Source of the DNA: Octopus vulgaris
Lineage: Eukaryota
DNA: 64,000 nucleotides
Assembly: GCA_951406725.2 (NCBI GenBank)
Contig: OX597815.1
Location: 97,588,001 to 97,652,000, forward strand
Direction: 5' to 3'
In this document: positions 42,828 to 55,159 of the stretch, piece by piece
How positions within the stretch are numbered: the first letter of the stretch is position 1
How the letters are laid out: every line of letters starts with the position of its first letter
Made by a program: the position numbers and the translations under genes
The notes under the pieces: generated by a model
Database searches by the model: none
What the model was told of the DNA's origin: nothing
What the model saw: only the letters and a program-made list of their open reading frames with translations

Positions 42828-43035
42828 TTTCAAATTATGGCACAAGGCCAGCAATTTCGGGGATGGGTTAATTTGATTCCATTGCCCCAAATCATCAGCT
42901 GTATTTGTTTTATCAACTCCTCCGAGAAGATGAAAGGTAATGTGTACCTCGGCGGAATTTGAACTCAGAACATAATGACGGTAGAAATGACGTTCAGCAA
43001 TTTGCCCAGCATGCTAACGATTCAGCCATCTTGCT
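42828..43035 (-). mobile_element. SINE family B
   Basis: gatgaaaggtaatgtgtacctcggcggaatttgaactcagaac...gcatgctaacgattc. Confidence 0.8.
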
Positions 43036-43123
43036 ATCTCTCGTTTAGGCATGTTGTTGTTCTTGTTGTTTTGTTTAACCATGATTCATCACTCGATTAG
43101 ATATTGAATTATACATAAACACA

Positions 43124-43170
<47 letters not shown>

Positions 43171-43224
43171 CTCACACACACACACACATCACTCACATCA
43201 ACGTGTGTATCGTAACTAACAAAG

Positions 43225-43432
43225 GACGTTGCAGAAACGCCAGCATGCCAGGCGAAATGCTTAGAGGAATCTCGTCTGTCTTTACGTTCTGAGTTCAAAT
43301 TCTGACGAGGTCGTCTTTGCCTTTCATCCTTTCGAAGTCCATAAATTAAATGCCCGTTACGTACTGGGGTCAATCTAATCGACTGGACTCTCTCCAAAAA
43401 TTTTGGGCCTCGTGCGTAGGGTAGAAAATAAT
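43225..43432 (+). mobile_element. SINE family B
   Basis: ggcgaaatgcttag..gttctgagttcaaattc..gtcgtctttgcctttcatcctttcg..tactggggtcaatctaatcgactgg. Confidence 0.88.
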
Positions 43433-44135
43433 ATTACCTGTGTCATTAAACATAAAAGATGAATGTAATAGCTTGACTTCTTTGAAAACATGTTAACGTA
43501 ACAACCTACTACAAGACGTATTGTTTTTTTCTTCTGCCGATTCTACCATTCGCTAATTCCAACCTAAACGCATAACATCGCGGAGTTAAACGATAATATC
43601 AAACCTAGTACATGACTGAAACCTTATTTCATCGACGTGAAAGGTTTAAAGAGAAAGCTAAACTCGGCCCGATTTGATTGCATTAGGAAAAACGATGTGA
43701 CGATATTTTTCGCTTCTCTAACGACTTCTCTATTCACATTTCTATCTCAATAGCACTAATTTAGGAAACAATGGTAGTAATACCAAGGGAAGAAAGTGGC
43801 TACCATCAACCCCAGTACTGAATTGGTAGGTATTTAGTCAAATACGGAAGGATGGAATGCTAAGTTTCGAAATGATAACATAAAGGAAGATAACCAAATA
43901 CTTCATAAGATTTTTTCGGCATTCTTCATGTTTTTCCATCAATAATGCTTAGTAATAATGATTTTTAAATGAACAAAAGACCAAAATTTAGTGAGATGAA
44001 AAACGTTTTGCTCTATTCCACAAAGAATAAAATTCAAAATGGTGAAAACAATGTTGATGGAGTAGGCGCTGAACTCAGAACCTAGAGCACCGCAGTGAAT
44101 AACTAATATTTCTCTTCTAGGACTGCAATGATTGT

Positions 44136-44352
44136 TTTCTACTCTAGGAACCAGGCCCAAAATTTTGGGGCACAGGGGCCAGTCGATTTGATCGACCCCA
44201 GTACGCAAATGGCACTTAATTTATATACCCTGAAAGGATGAAAGCCAAAGTCGACCTCGGCGGAATTTGAACTCAGAACGTAAAGACAGACGAAATACCG
44301 CTAAACATATCGCCCGGAGTGCTAACGTCTCTACCAGCATGCCGCCATAGCG
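44136..44352 (-). mobile_element. SINE family B with a 13-bp target-site duplication
   Basis: Full-length copy flanked by ctgcaatgattgt at 44123-44135 and 44353-44365. Confidence 0.92.
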
Positions 44353-44917
44353 CTGCAATGATTGTGCAACTCCAAACAATTCAACGTATACGAAAATTTT
44401 TATTATTTTCTCATCAGGTTTTCTTTGAAGCCGGAGAAATTGTTTTCCTAAAATACCTTTAAAACCATCTTATCTTTGTCTGTTATATTGTTTTCTTTCG
44501 GCAAATTAAAATCTAAATACAGAGAGAATTTCTCTTTATTTGCTGAATAAAAAATAACAAATACATTTTTTAAAATAATATATTTGTCTAATACAAAATG
44601 AAACAAAACACATTCAAAACTTTTATTTAAACTGATAACTAAAAAAGGAAAATTATAAAAAAATAAAATACATCTAAGAATGAGTTTAACAAAGGTCTAT
44701 AACTGAAAAAGAAAAACAAACATCTGAAATTGAAAACAAATTCAAAGAAGGTTGTTGAGTTTTAAGTTGATTTTCGTTAACTTTTGTCCAAAAGTCAAAT
44801 ATTTGATACTTTTTATTGTGTTCTCTGCTGGAGACAATGTTGCAGTCAATAAAATAATAGCATAAATAACCTCTAACGCTAACAATTTCCAATGATATTT
44901 AGAATGTTGATTAGGAT

Positions 44918-44918
44918 A

Positions 44919-44966
<48 letters not shown>

Positions 44967-44976
44967 CACCACCACC

Positions 44977-45024
<48 letters not shown>
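44918..45024. repeat. (TAC)n/(CAC)n microsatellite
   Basis: Directly visible. Confidence 0.98.
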
Positions 45025-45488
45025 TTTTCAATGTTCTGTCGCCATTGTTTGTATCAAATTATTAGTGATACGATCTAGATTACACTGACATTACTTTACT
45101 CCGTTCAGTCACATGTTTTGTATTGAGAATTAAAGACGTGTTCATGCTTTTTTTCACTTACTTTAAGAAACGAGGCTTCTGTATATTTAATAATACCCAA
45201 GGAAAACTTTTCGCCGACTTATAAATCATAACATTGTATATTCGATCTTACCCACAGAAAACATTCGTCTATTTATAAATTGTAACGTTGTATATCACAA
45301 TACTACTATATTTAAAATATCGATAATAATATCTACTATATAAAGAATAAGTGCCTTCAAACATATTTTAGCCAGATGCTAAACTCTGCTTCGTTTAGGA
45401 TGACGTTTAGTGGTATAATGTAGAATACTTAAAAAGACAGATTGCTTTCTCCATAATTTTAATATAGAATAAAGGATATACGTATATG

Positions 45489-45543
<55 letters not shown>

Positions 45544-45639
45544 AAATAAGCAACAATGATATCCAAATATATGAGAAATATATGAGAATACATACATACG
45601 TGCATATATGTACGAATTCAATAAGGACGCCTATTACAT

Positions 45640-46285
45640 CGATTATTCTATGAAAAACGTACCTATACCATCAAGGGAACTATACTCTTGGAGAAAATTA
45701 CAGACCTGATTAAGCGCATGAGATGGAATGCTTTCTTTACAACACGGAAGTGGACACTACAGAAAGTATATTCTATGGTATAAAATCTAAGAAATTCCTT
45801 CCAAAGATCAAACGCTTGGAAGATTTCGAAGCGGTCCTACTGAAGCTTATGAACAAAATAAAATTTCGTAAGTCTTTTAACACTTTCCAACAAAAACTGA
45901 AAAAAGATATAAATTACATAAAAAGCTCAAAAGAAAGGCACATTTTTTTCGACAAAACCAAGAACTTGTACCTGGTAGAAAACACCACGTATTCACAACT
46001 CCTACACAGCAGCATCATCAATAATTACACCAAGGCTAGGCCACAGACCTATAACGAAATTAACAAAGAATCTAGCGTTATCTCCGCTAGACTTAAATTA
46101 GATAAAAAAGAGGCATTTATTACTACCAAAGACCACAAATAGAACTTCCTATCCAACACTAAATGTAGGCTTATTAACCCAGCTAAATCAGAACTTGGCA
46201 TTATTAGTAAAGACATTTTAAGGAAAATCAATGCGAAAATTAGGACCACCACTAGGCTAGTACAATTGTCCAATAGTATAGGGTC
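45640..46285 (+). mobile_element. Penelope-like retroelement fragment (N-terminal region to start of RT)
   Basis: [63 protein letters not shown]. These are the DKT and [14 protein letters not shown] motifs of Penelope-like RTs. Confidence 0.82.
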
Positions 46286-46431
46286 AATAATATAATCGAA
46301 ACAAACGGCAGCAACCACACGGAACGTAACAACAATCTTGTAAGGACCCACAATCCAGCACGCTAACACGAACTGCAAACTTTGAACTCCAACTTTGAAC
46401 TATCAACAAACGAACTGCGGAACTAGCCTGA

Positions 46432-47200
46432 ACTTATTTCTTTATTGCCCACACGGGACCAACATAGAGGGGACAATAAAAGGACAGACAAAAACACAAA
46501 GGCGGGGACAAAAAATTCGAATGAAAAGGATGAGGGTTGGGAAATTAGGGGCTCTTGTGTGCTTGTGATTAATTTTTCAGTGACAGGTGGGGGTAGAGTG
46601 AGGTTTGGTATCTGCAGGGGAAGGGTGCGGTAATGTGGGTTTAGGTGGGAGTCGGGTAAGTGTGGGATGGGGTTTATCATTCACATATTGTGCCTTTTTC
46701 TCTTCTTTCTGCTCTTCTTTCCTGCAGTTTCCCATCCGTCTTCGGTCTTATTTTCTCCTTCTTCCTCTGTGCTGATCTCCCTTCCACTGGTTCTTGCCGG
46801 CGGTGGAGGTACAGATTCTTTTACAATCACGGGTGTGCCTCTTGTGACTTTATGGGAGGTGGAGGATATTCCGCCGTAATGTGACCTTTTTGGCCACATT
46901 TGTAACAATGATGGACTCTTACCTCCATTCTAACCCTGAGTATTACATCGTCGACCATTACCTTCCTTCCATGCCCAGTAGTAAAGCAGCTACTAGCCAG
47001 GGTGCATTTATTTCCAGGGGTATGTCTTCTATCCTTACCCTGGAAGCACGCTTTCTAAGGTATATGGGCAGAGGTAGCACCTCATCATATTTTAAGAGGG
47101 TTGCCGAGTGTAGCCTGGCAGTAATTTTATCTCAGAACCGCACCTCCAACGTTCTAAACTTCCTTCGTTAAGCATTAAGCGACCCAACGCGTCGCTGAAC
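46432..47200 (-). mobile_element. L1/Tx1-type ORF1 (gag-like) remnant followed directly by a 3' end
   Basis: Minus strand: RVRIEDIPLEINAPWL...LRVRMEVRVHHCYKCGQKGHITAEYP (CX2CX4HX4C knuckle, last C changed to Y), then EDGWETAGKKSRKKRKR, ~240 nt of pyrimidine-rich sequence and gggcAATAAAgaaataag. Confidence 0.72.
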
Positions 47201-47639
47201 GAAGTAAAGCCACTATTTGCAAAAGTTTAATTACACGGCTTCAAATTATAAGCAATATTCCTAGGAATTTAGAACAGACAAGTAAGAAATATTCAACTAC
47301 AATGTGTGTGATTTCTATAAACAAAATATGGTCATAAGATACTGCGATCAAATGTCCTGCCTCCTTCCTACCCACGAAAATTGTACAAACCACTTGCTCA
47401 CAAACACCATTTCAGCTTGCCTTGAGATACTGATGGGAGATTAGTTATGTTTATTTTTGTTTTGTGTTTTTCTAGTGGCCTTGATCATACTCTGCATCAC
47501 TTTATATGTAGTGACGGTGAACTGTTTCCTTGATCGTTTTAAATTTCTGCTAGCCACCTTGATTAATTTATAGTTTTCACATTGTCATTTTGTGAAATCA
47601 GTCACTGATTCCAATGTCATTCTCCATAATATTGACAGG

Positions 47640-47683
<44 letters not shown>

Positions 47684-47739
47684 AAGTTTTTAATTTTACA
47701 TGTCTCTTTACAGTTTAACATTTTTAAATTATCGATGTC

Positions 47740-48910
47740 CCCTGGGTGGCGATCACCGCGGACTTTTCGGCCCACAACAGGTCATACGTAGGGATGACAG
47801 CACACTGGCTGGATCCCATGACTCGCACGAGACAATGCGCCGCCTGCTCTCGGCTCAGAAGACACCATACTTTTGATGTTCTCGCTCAGGCCATGGTGGG
47901 CACGCATTACAAGTTCCATCTGCAAGACAAGATGACCAGGACCACGGCGGACAATAGGAATAACTTTGCTAGGGCATTTATGCAGTTTGGTGCAGAAGTT
48001 GAAAACTTGCCAGACATTCCTGAGGCTGCTGCCGATCCGGACGTGGAGATCGTCGAGAATGTGGACCTGGATGTGGATCCTGAGGCTGGAGATACGGCCG
48101 AAATTGAGTGCATCTTTGTTGATGCCATCCTTGACGAGTCCAGCAGTCATCCCAAAACCAGCTAGTAGACATGACGTGAGCAGTCCATACCTTAAAATTG
48201 GTAACGTGGATGCCAACAATCCTCTTGAGAGCACTTCTTTCCATTCAGCCTACAGGAAGGCCATGTCCAAGGCACAGCGGCTGTGGAATCTGTAGATCCG
48301 CGGCATGGTGGCGGCAGACAGCATTCTCGACAATTGAAGAGGAGGCTGGTGGTCCCCGACAGTACCAGATGGAACTCTACCTGTGAATCTGTTGTCCTCA
48401 ACAACCTTTTGGAGAAGAATAGGAGAACTGTCCACAAGGTGATGACACAACAGAAACTGTAGACCTTCATTGATTCTGATGTCGGCTTCTTGATAGTGTA
48501 CGCTTTGCTGATGTCTAATGGTGCCAAAGCCTTAGATAAAATCCAGAAAAAGGAGTAGGTCTATCTCGGGAGCCTTCTGACAACTGTAGCGACTACCGTC
48601 ATGAAACTGAAGAAGGCCAAGTTCAAGCATCTTTTGTGCTACAGTCTCCTGGTTAAAGGTGATACTGGCAGGCATCACGAAAAAGTTTAGGCTCCTCCTA
48701 GAAGACCTGGAGTGCCAGCTAGCCACTGTCTTCCACTCCGAGTAACCTGTTCTGGCTGGAGCAGTATGATAATAGCCAGGTTAGCAAACTAACGAACGCA
48801 TAGAGACTATCGTAGAGTCAGTCCTAATGGACACCAATGAGGAGGGCAGCAGCACCACCAGCAATGAAAATGAGGAAGATGATTTCTTCAGCAATATCAC
48901 TAGGTTCCGA
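47740..48910 (+). mobile_element. hAT (Ac/Tol2-like) transposase pseudogene fragment
   Basis: TADFSAHNRSYVGMTAHWLDP...ACSRLRRHHTFDVLA...TTADNRNNFARAF, and VPDSTRWNST. Stops and frameshifts; no TIRs seen. Confidence 0.88.
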
Positions 48911-48972
48911 GAGAACCTAGAGATGGAGGAGCCACAGGTCACTGAAATACAAGGTGCAGAATTTGGCAGTGA

Positions 48973-48976
<4 letters not shown>

Positions 48977-49060
<84 letters not shown>
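48977..49060. repeat. (AAT)n microsatellite
   Basis: Directly visible. Confidence 0.99.
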
Positions 49061-49062
<2 letters not shown>

Positions 49063-49218
49063 AATAACCATCAAAGCATCACAACAAATCACAGCACATA
49101 CCCAAGGCACACAGAGCTGTGCTCGGTAGTGAAGTGAAAGCACGCTATAAAAATAAAACTACTGAATAATAATAATAATAACATCGAAAAATACCTTAGG
49201 AATGAGAAATTTCTCAAA

Positions 49219-49264
49219 GATACCTGATGAAGGTTGGGGGGTATATCAGCCGAAACGTTGTGTT
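49219..49264 (+). ncRNA. Minimal type I hammerhead ribozyme motif within a short Penelope-like remnant (~49181-49315)
   Basis: gatac-CTGATGA-a-ggttgg(ggggtata)tcagcc-GAAA-cg-TT-gtgtt: canonical core, stem II, palindromic ACGT stem III, and stem I with G-U pairs. Confidence 0.7.
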
Positions 49265-49459
49265 AACAACAAAAAAGATGAGGACAAAAATCTGTCAAAT
49301 GTAAATAATGTAACTAATGCAAGTAATGTAATGTTTAATTTCATTTAATTATTTGCGTACATCTTGATCATTATCTGATCTTGGCATGCTATACTTTTTT
49401 GGAAAGCTCTATATATGTCTAAGCTACAATATGAAAATGTCAGCTCTCATATATATATA

Positions 49460-49542
<83 letters not shown>

Positions 49543-50449
49543 ACAGGCTTTTGTATTGAGGGTTTTGTGTATGAAAATGAGTTGACATGGATTATATCAT
49601 ATAGAGAGTAGAATGTAATTTAAGTTTCATGAATATATGTTTATACAACTAATATCTGATAGAATATTATTTACTGCTTTTGTGCTATTAAGCTTTGATA
49701 GTGTTCATTCTCAGTAATATCTCATTCATATTGAAGTCATAACTTTATAATTTGTTGAATGATATTAAAATATCATTTCGTATAGTCATAAGTTACACAA
49801 ATGAAGCAAAACACATTCTGTCATTTGAATCTATTTGAAAATTGTTCATCGAAATCAGATCAATTTGTTGTATGCATAATTGTTAATTCATGAAACACAA
49901 CATATACCTCTTACCTATATTTCAACTTCACCGTCGCTAGCAACATATTTTGATGGTGTTTTATTTTTAATTCACGTAGTTTAATCTTTCACTTATGGCA
50001 CTTAAATATTTTTCTTTCAATCATTGAATATTTCAAATTTATTTTGGATTATATATAATTCAGATGTTGACATTAAAATAATATTTCCGCCTGTTTTTTG
50101 TTACAATGTAGCAAAAACAGTTTTAGGACTAAATATCATATACGCTGTCAGGAATTTACAGCAGAGAAAAAGTATTAAGATTAGATTTGACTATTGTAAA
50201 TCCTGTTTTGTCATGATCTTAAAATATCAATACACATTGCTAATCCTGCATATTTTTATTTGTCGTTTTGCTCTGTCAGATATGACACTTCTACAACACG
50301 GTAAACATACGAAAGAATTTCCTCATCATATCTGTACGGAACTTTTAATCACTTCTCTATATTACCATTGTTATATAGTTCTTAGTCCAACGATTTCGCT
50401 TATATTTTTAGTAAATAGATATACACGCGCGGATGTATGTAGAAGCGCG

Positions 50450-50498
<49 letters not shown>

Positions 50499-52142
50499 CT
50501 ATAATAATCTAATAATATATAGTCTAATATATATATATAATAGTCTAATAACACGAACACTTCTACAAATCATAAAAAAACAACTGTATAATTGTATTTT
50601 GTTTTCGATGTTTCAATAATAATGCCAAAGCTATGATGCCCAGGAAGTCACATTTTGCTTCTCCTGACAAATCTCTGGCTAACAACACAAGATATTACCA
50701 TTCTAATTTTACAGCGTGTTGTTTTTTCACCTTTCTTGCTTTTATTAGGATATCTTAAACGTACAATTCGTAGTTTTTAATCTAAGCTAGTGATTCTTTC
50801 TTTTGACATTTAGCATTTACTATTGTTACATTTTTCATAGCAACTTCTTTTGTCATACCATCAATAATGTCCTTCTGTGTTGTTCCTTGTACTTACTGAA
50901 TCTTGAGGATTGGGCAGAGCCCATGAACCTTTCAGCTGTTCTGTGATTGGTGAGATTGATACATTAACGTCCGGTTTAAACTGTTGCAAGTATTTATCGT
51001 CAGGAAAAATTTGAGTAAGATTCCGAACACTGGAGAAGGATTGAACCTAGAAATCTGTTGGGGAAAGTGGCTATTCGGAACAAGGGCGTCGCAGAATGGA
51101 AAGATGAGCAGGTCAAGAATGTCTGAACACTAGAAGGCCGAAACCAGCCAGTTTCGTGAAGTAAAAGAAAACATATTCATATAAGATAGCGTGCCTCTGA
51201 GAAAGTGGCTGAAATGTGTCCAATTCACTTCAAACAGTTTTTCAATAGATGGGCCAGTTCGTTTAAAACCGCATTTTGTTGGCCACAAAACAAACAGTGG
51301 GAATGTGGCTCACAAACCCTTCTCAGAAGTGTGTAAAAATGCAAGGCAGACATTTGAAAATATAAATTATTACGACCAAGTTGGAGCTTGAATCGATAAC
51401 TGCTATCTTTTGTATGACCTCCTTCGTTGATTTTGTGACTGGTTGACATCCTCCACGTCGGCTGTCTGTGATCGATGGGCGTGATCGGTATGTGCTTGTA
51501 GTATAGAGAATTCACTGATTGGCGACGACTCAAATGTTTCCGGGTGAGAGCCAACACAAGTACAAGTAAGTTATCGATGCTAGTATAGCAACAAAATTTA
51601 TGGCTTCATATCTACTTGACTGGCTTCCTGATCTATTACAAATGATGTTTAGCTGTCGTTTCCTATATCTAATATTTAAGTTACTATTTCTATACTGATT
51701 ATTATATAGTAATGTTTTTCTTATCATTGCTCATGTTCATGTTTACGTCTACGCTTAAAGATTTCCAGCTTTAGTATCTAGTCTTGAGTATATCTCTTGA
51801 TATAAATGGAAGCTTAATCTGATAACTAACTTAGTATCTTTGGTCACTGCACGCCTGTCTGCTTAGTATTCATTGTTACTTCAACAGGCATAAATCTATA
51901 CGACATCATGGCGACTGAATTATGAATATCTAAACAAACTCAGACACAGACGCTCTCACTCAAACATATACACACATTTGCAGCAATACACGTATAATTA
52001 TTTGTATGTTTGTGAAGTCATATTTATATTATATACATACATATGTATCTTCATAAGTTTACAATATATATAATGTAAATACATGTTCGTGTGTGTATAG
52101 ATGATATATATATATTTATATATACATACATACATACATGCA

Positions 52143-52182
<40 letters not shown>

Positions 52183-52188
52183 CATACA

Positions 52189-52273
<85 letters not shown>

Positions 52274-52279
<6 letters not shown>

Positions 52280-53310
52280 TAATAAAAGTGAAAAAACTAC
52301 AGAAGGCTTGTTTTAAAAGGTTAAAAAATATATATTTGAGTCATTATGTCTGAAGAATGTTATAAACTTTTTTCATACAATGACATACAACCCCAGAAAC
52401 AAAGAAGCCTTCACCATCATCACCCAGAATTTACCAATACTTCATAAGGACCCCAAATTAAAGGAAATTCTAAACATACACCAAATCATTAAAAGCTACA
52501 AACAACCTAAATCACTTAAAAAGATTCTCACAAAGGCAAAATTGTTTTCTGAAATTACGGATGCAAAAGTAAAAAAATGTGGTAGACCGAACTGTGCAAC
52601 ATGTCCAAACCTGCTAGAAGGATCAGAATTCCTCTTCAAAGAGGGACAGAAATTCAAGATCAAATCTAATTTTACTTGTGCCTCTGAAAACATAATTTAT
52701 GTCATAAAATGCTCGGGCTGCCACCGAAACTACGTGGGGTCCACGGGACTATCACTCAGACGTAGATGCACACTGCATCGACACAGATTGCATTCCCAGA
52801 ATACAGAATGATACCCTTTAGTGAGCACATTGAGAAATGCGCAAAGCAACTACAACCACAATTTTTAATCTTTCCATTTTACCAATGTGCTATCGGAACA
52901 CCAACACAAATTAGACTAAACAAGGAAATATTCTTCATTGAAAAATACAAGCCCAAACTTAACCATTCCAACATTCTTATACAGAGAAACTCACTCCCAA
53001 CAAAAGACAAGAAATATTAAGCGATTATCTCCCTTACACCGGAAGAAATCACTTATTACCTCCCCTTATCTGGAACTCTTTTTCACACTTCTCAACGTAA
53101 ACATAACGATGTAAGAAATTTGAAAAGCTGAACGCGAAACCGGTCATTTCTTCAAAAACTATGTCATTGTATGAAAAAAATTTATAACATTCTTCAGACA
53201 TAATGACTCAAATATATATTTTTTAACCTTTTAAAACAAGCCTTCTGTAGTTTTTTCACTTTTTACTATTTTCTATATATTCAACCACGTGCTTTCACAC
53301 ACCAACTTTC
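52274..53310 (+). mobile_element. 5'-truncated Penelope-like element: GIY-YIG endonuclease plus inverted terminal repeat
   Basis: CGRPNCATC...FTCASENIIYVIKCSGCHRNYVGSTG..LRRRCTLH (frameshift) ...RLNKEIFFIEKYKPKLN. ~114-bp inverted repeat at 52274-52387 / 53160-53274. Confidence 0.93.
53113..53152 (+). ncRNA. Minimal type I hammerhead ribozyme, U3-A8 core variant
   Basis: aagaaat-TTGAAAA-gc(tgaac)gc-GAAA-ccgg-TC-atttctt: perfect 7-bp stem I, palindromic ACCGGT stem III, GUC cleavage triplet; lies downstream of the Penelope ORF. Confidence 0.75.
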
Positions 53311-53313
53311 TCA

Positions 53314-53360
<47 letters not shown>

Positions 53361-53464
53361 TAAAGTTTCTATGAAAAATACTTCATTCAGTCAATATTTC
53401 TTAAAATAAAAATTATTAACGATATAAAAAAATCTCATAAAAACACAATGTCGCAAAACTGTAT

Positions 53465-53496
<32 letters not shown>

Positions 53497-53511
53497 ATAT
53501 ATATATATATA

Positions 53512-53592
53512 TAAATTAACAGAATGAGATAAAAATCCAAGGCTGTGAAAGATTTCACAGCCTTGGATTTTTACCTCATTCTGTTAATTTTT
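53512..53592. repeat. Near-perfect hairpin with ~38-bp arms
   Basis: aaattaacagaatgagataaaaatccaaggctgtgaaa-ga-tttcacagccttggatttttacctcattctgttaattt. Confidence 0.93.
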
Positions 53593-53914
53593 ATATACGC
53601 ATGCTAATATATGACCTATATTGGACTCCTCATTTGCATTATCACCGAACCTGGAGCTTAACTATAGTCTGTCCATAGCACTTACTCAGCACCTGACATC
53701 TTTGGGTCTTCTTTACACCATTATCTCTCATAACCTTATATATATATATACGTACATATATAGTTCTAAGGTTAAGAAACACGTTTAGCAATGACATAGG
53801 TTTGGATCCCTTCTCTTTATAGCACAATTTACGTGTAATTTCTACAATAGCAGCCAACTAACTATTATTTTATGTGTGAATTTAATACACAGAAACTGTG
53901 TGACAGCGCGCAGT

Positions 53915-54250
53915 TATGGCTGTGTGATAACGAGTTAGCTTCCCGAACACATGTTCCGGGTTCGGTCTCACTGTGCTTCACTTTCAGCAAGTGTCTTCTA
54001 CAATAGCCTCCGGCCGACTGGAGCCTTCAGAGTGGATTTAGTAGAAGGAAACTTAAAGAAGCCTGTCGTATGTGTGCTTGTGTGTTTGTGTTTGTCCTCC
54101 CACCATCACTTGACAACCGATGCTGGTGTGTTCACGTTTCCGTAACCTTGTGGCTGGGCAAAAACCACCGATGAAATAAGTACTAGGCCAAAAAGCACAA
54201 GTTCTGGGGTCATGGCTGCTGTCAAATGACTGAAACTAGAGAGTAAAAGA
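53915..54250 (+). mobile_element. SINE family A
   Basis: tggctgtgtgataa..gggttcggtctc..gcaagtgtcttctac..gagtggatttagtagaaggaaact..cttgacaaccgatgctggtg. Confidence 0.85.
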
Positions 54251-54781
54251 ATATATATATATATATATATATTATCTCTTTTTCCATAGCCATCAAACAG
54301 AAGGAAAATGCCTGTCGATTCTCCTGCCAAATAATGCCTCAAATTTGGGCGAGGTGCGCTGTTTTAGAGATGAAAGGAAAATTTGACCTTGGTGGGATTT
54401 GAACTTGGAGTATAAAAGGATCATAACAAAATAGAGCAAGGCATTATGCTTGATTCTGCTATTCCACCTTTCTAAAAAATAAAACTAGTTCTAATAACAA
54501 TAGTTTCAAATTATGGCACAAAAGATAAGTTGATAACATCGACCATAAAATAATGAATGACAAAGTCGACTTTGGAGGATTTGAACCCTGAATGTAAGGA
54601 CAGATGAAATGCTACTAAACATTTTGCCCATTATGTTAATAGAAAGGATGTCTTTTATTGACCAGAAGAGCCCAAGTAGTTGGAAGCAGTACAAAGGTGA
54701 AATAAAAAATATCCCCAAAACCAAGAAGCAGTGGAAGATTAACATTGAGTATAGAAATGAGATTAACAATAATAAAGATAC

Positions 54782-55158
54782 AAAAATTTTTAGGGAAAAT
54801 TTTCAAAAATTTTTCAAAAATTTTTAAGGAAAATTTTCAAAACATTTTTGGGAGGAATTTTCAAAAAATTTTGGGGAAAATTTTTGGGAAAAATTTTCAA
54901 ACATTTTTGAGGAAATTTTTTTTTTAAATTTTTGGTAAATTTTCCTCAAAAATTTTTGAGGAAAATTTGCAAAAAAATTTTTCAAAAATTTTTGGGGGTA
55001 AATTTTTCAAAAAGTTTTTCAAAAATTTTTGGGGAAAATTATCAAAAAATTTTTCAAAAATTTTTGGGGAAAATTTTCAAAATGTTTTTGAGGAATATTT
55101 TCAAAAAATTTTTTGAAAATTTTTTCGAAAAAATTTTAAAAAGATTTTTGAGGAAAAA
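54782..55158. repeat. Degenerate A/T-tract minisatellite, unit ~23-24 bp (aaaaatttttggggaaaattttc)
   Basis: Directly visible; abuts the 3' side of the CR1-like LINE. Confidence 0.9.
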
Positions 55159-55159
55159 G

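Noticed and set aside
50024-50512. 162-aa ORF
   Set aside because: AT-rich with a non-ATG start, runs into a microsatellite, and has no recognisable domain.
53798-53840. Candidate next exon starting ag|GTTTGG (VW of M1)
   Set aside because: Reads VWIPSLYSTIYV then stop; no polypyrimidine tract and no M1 similarity.
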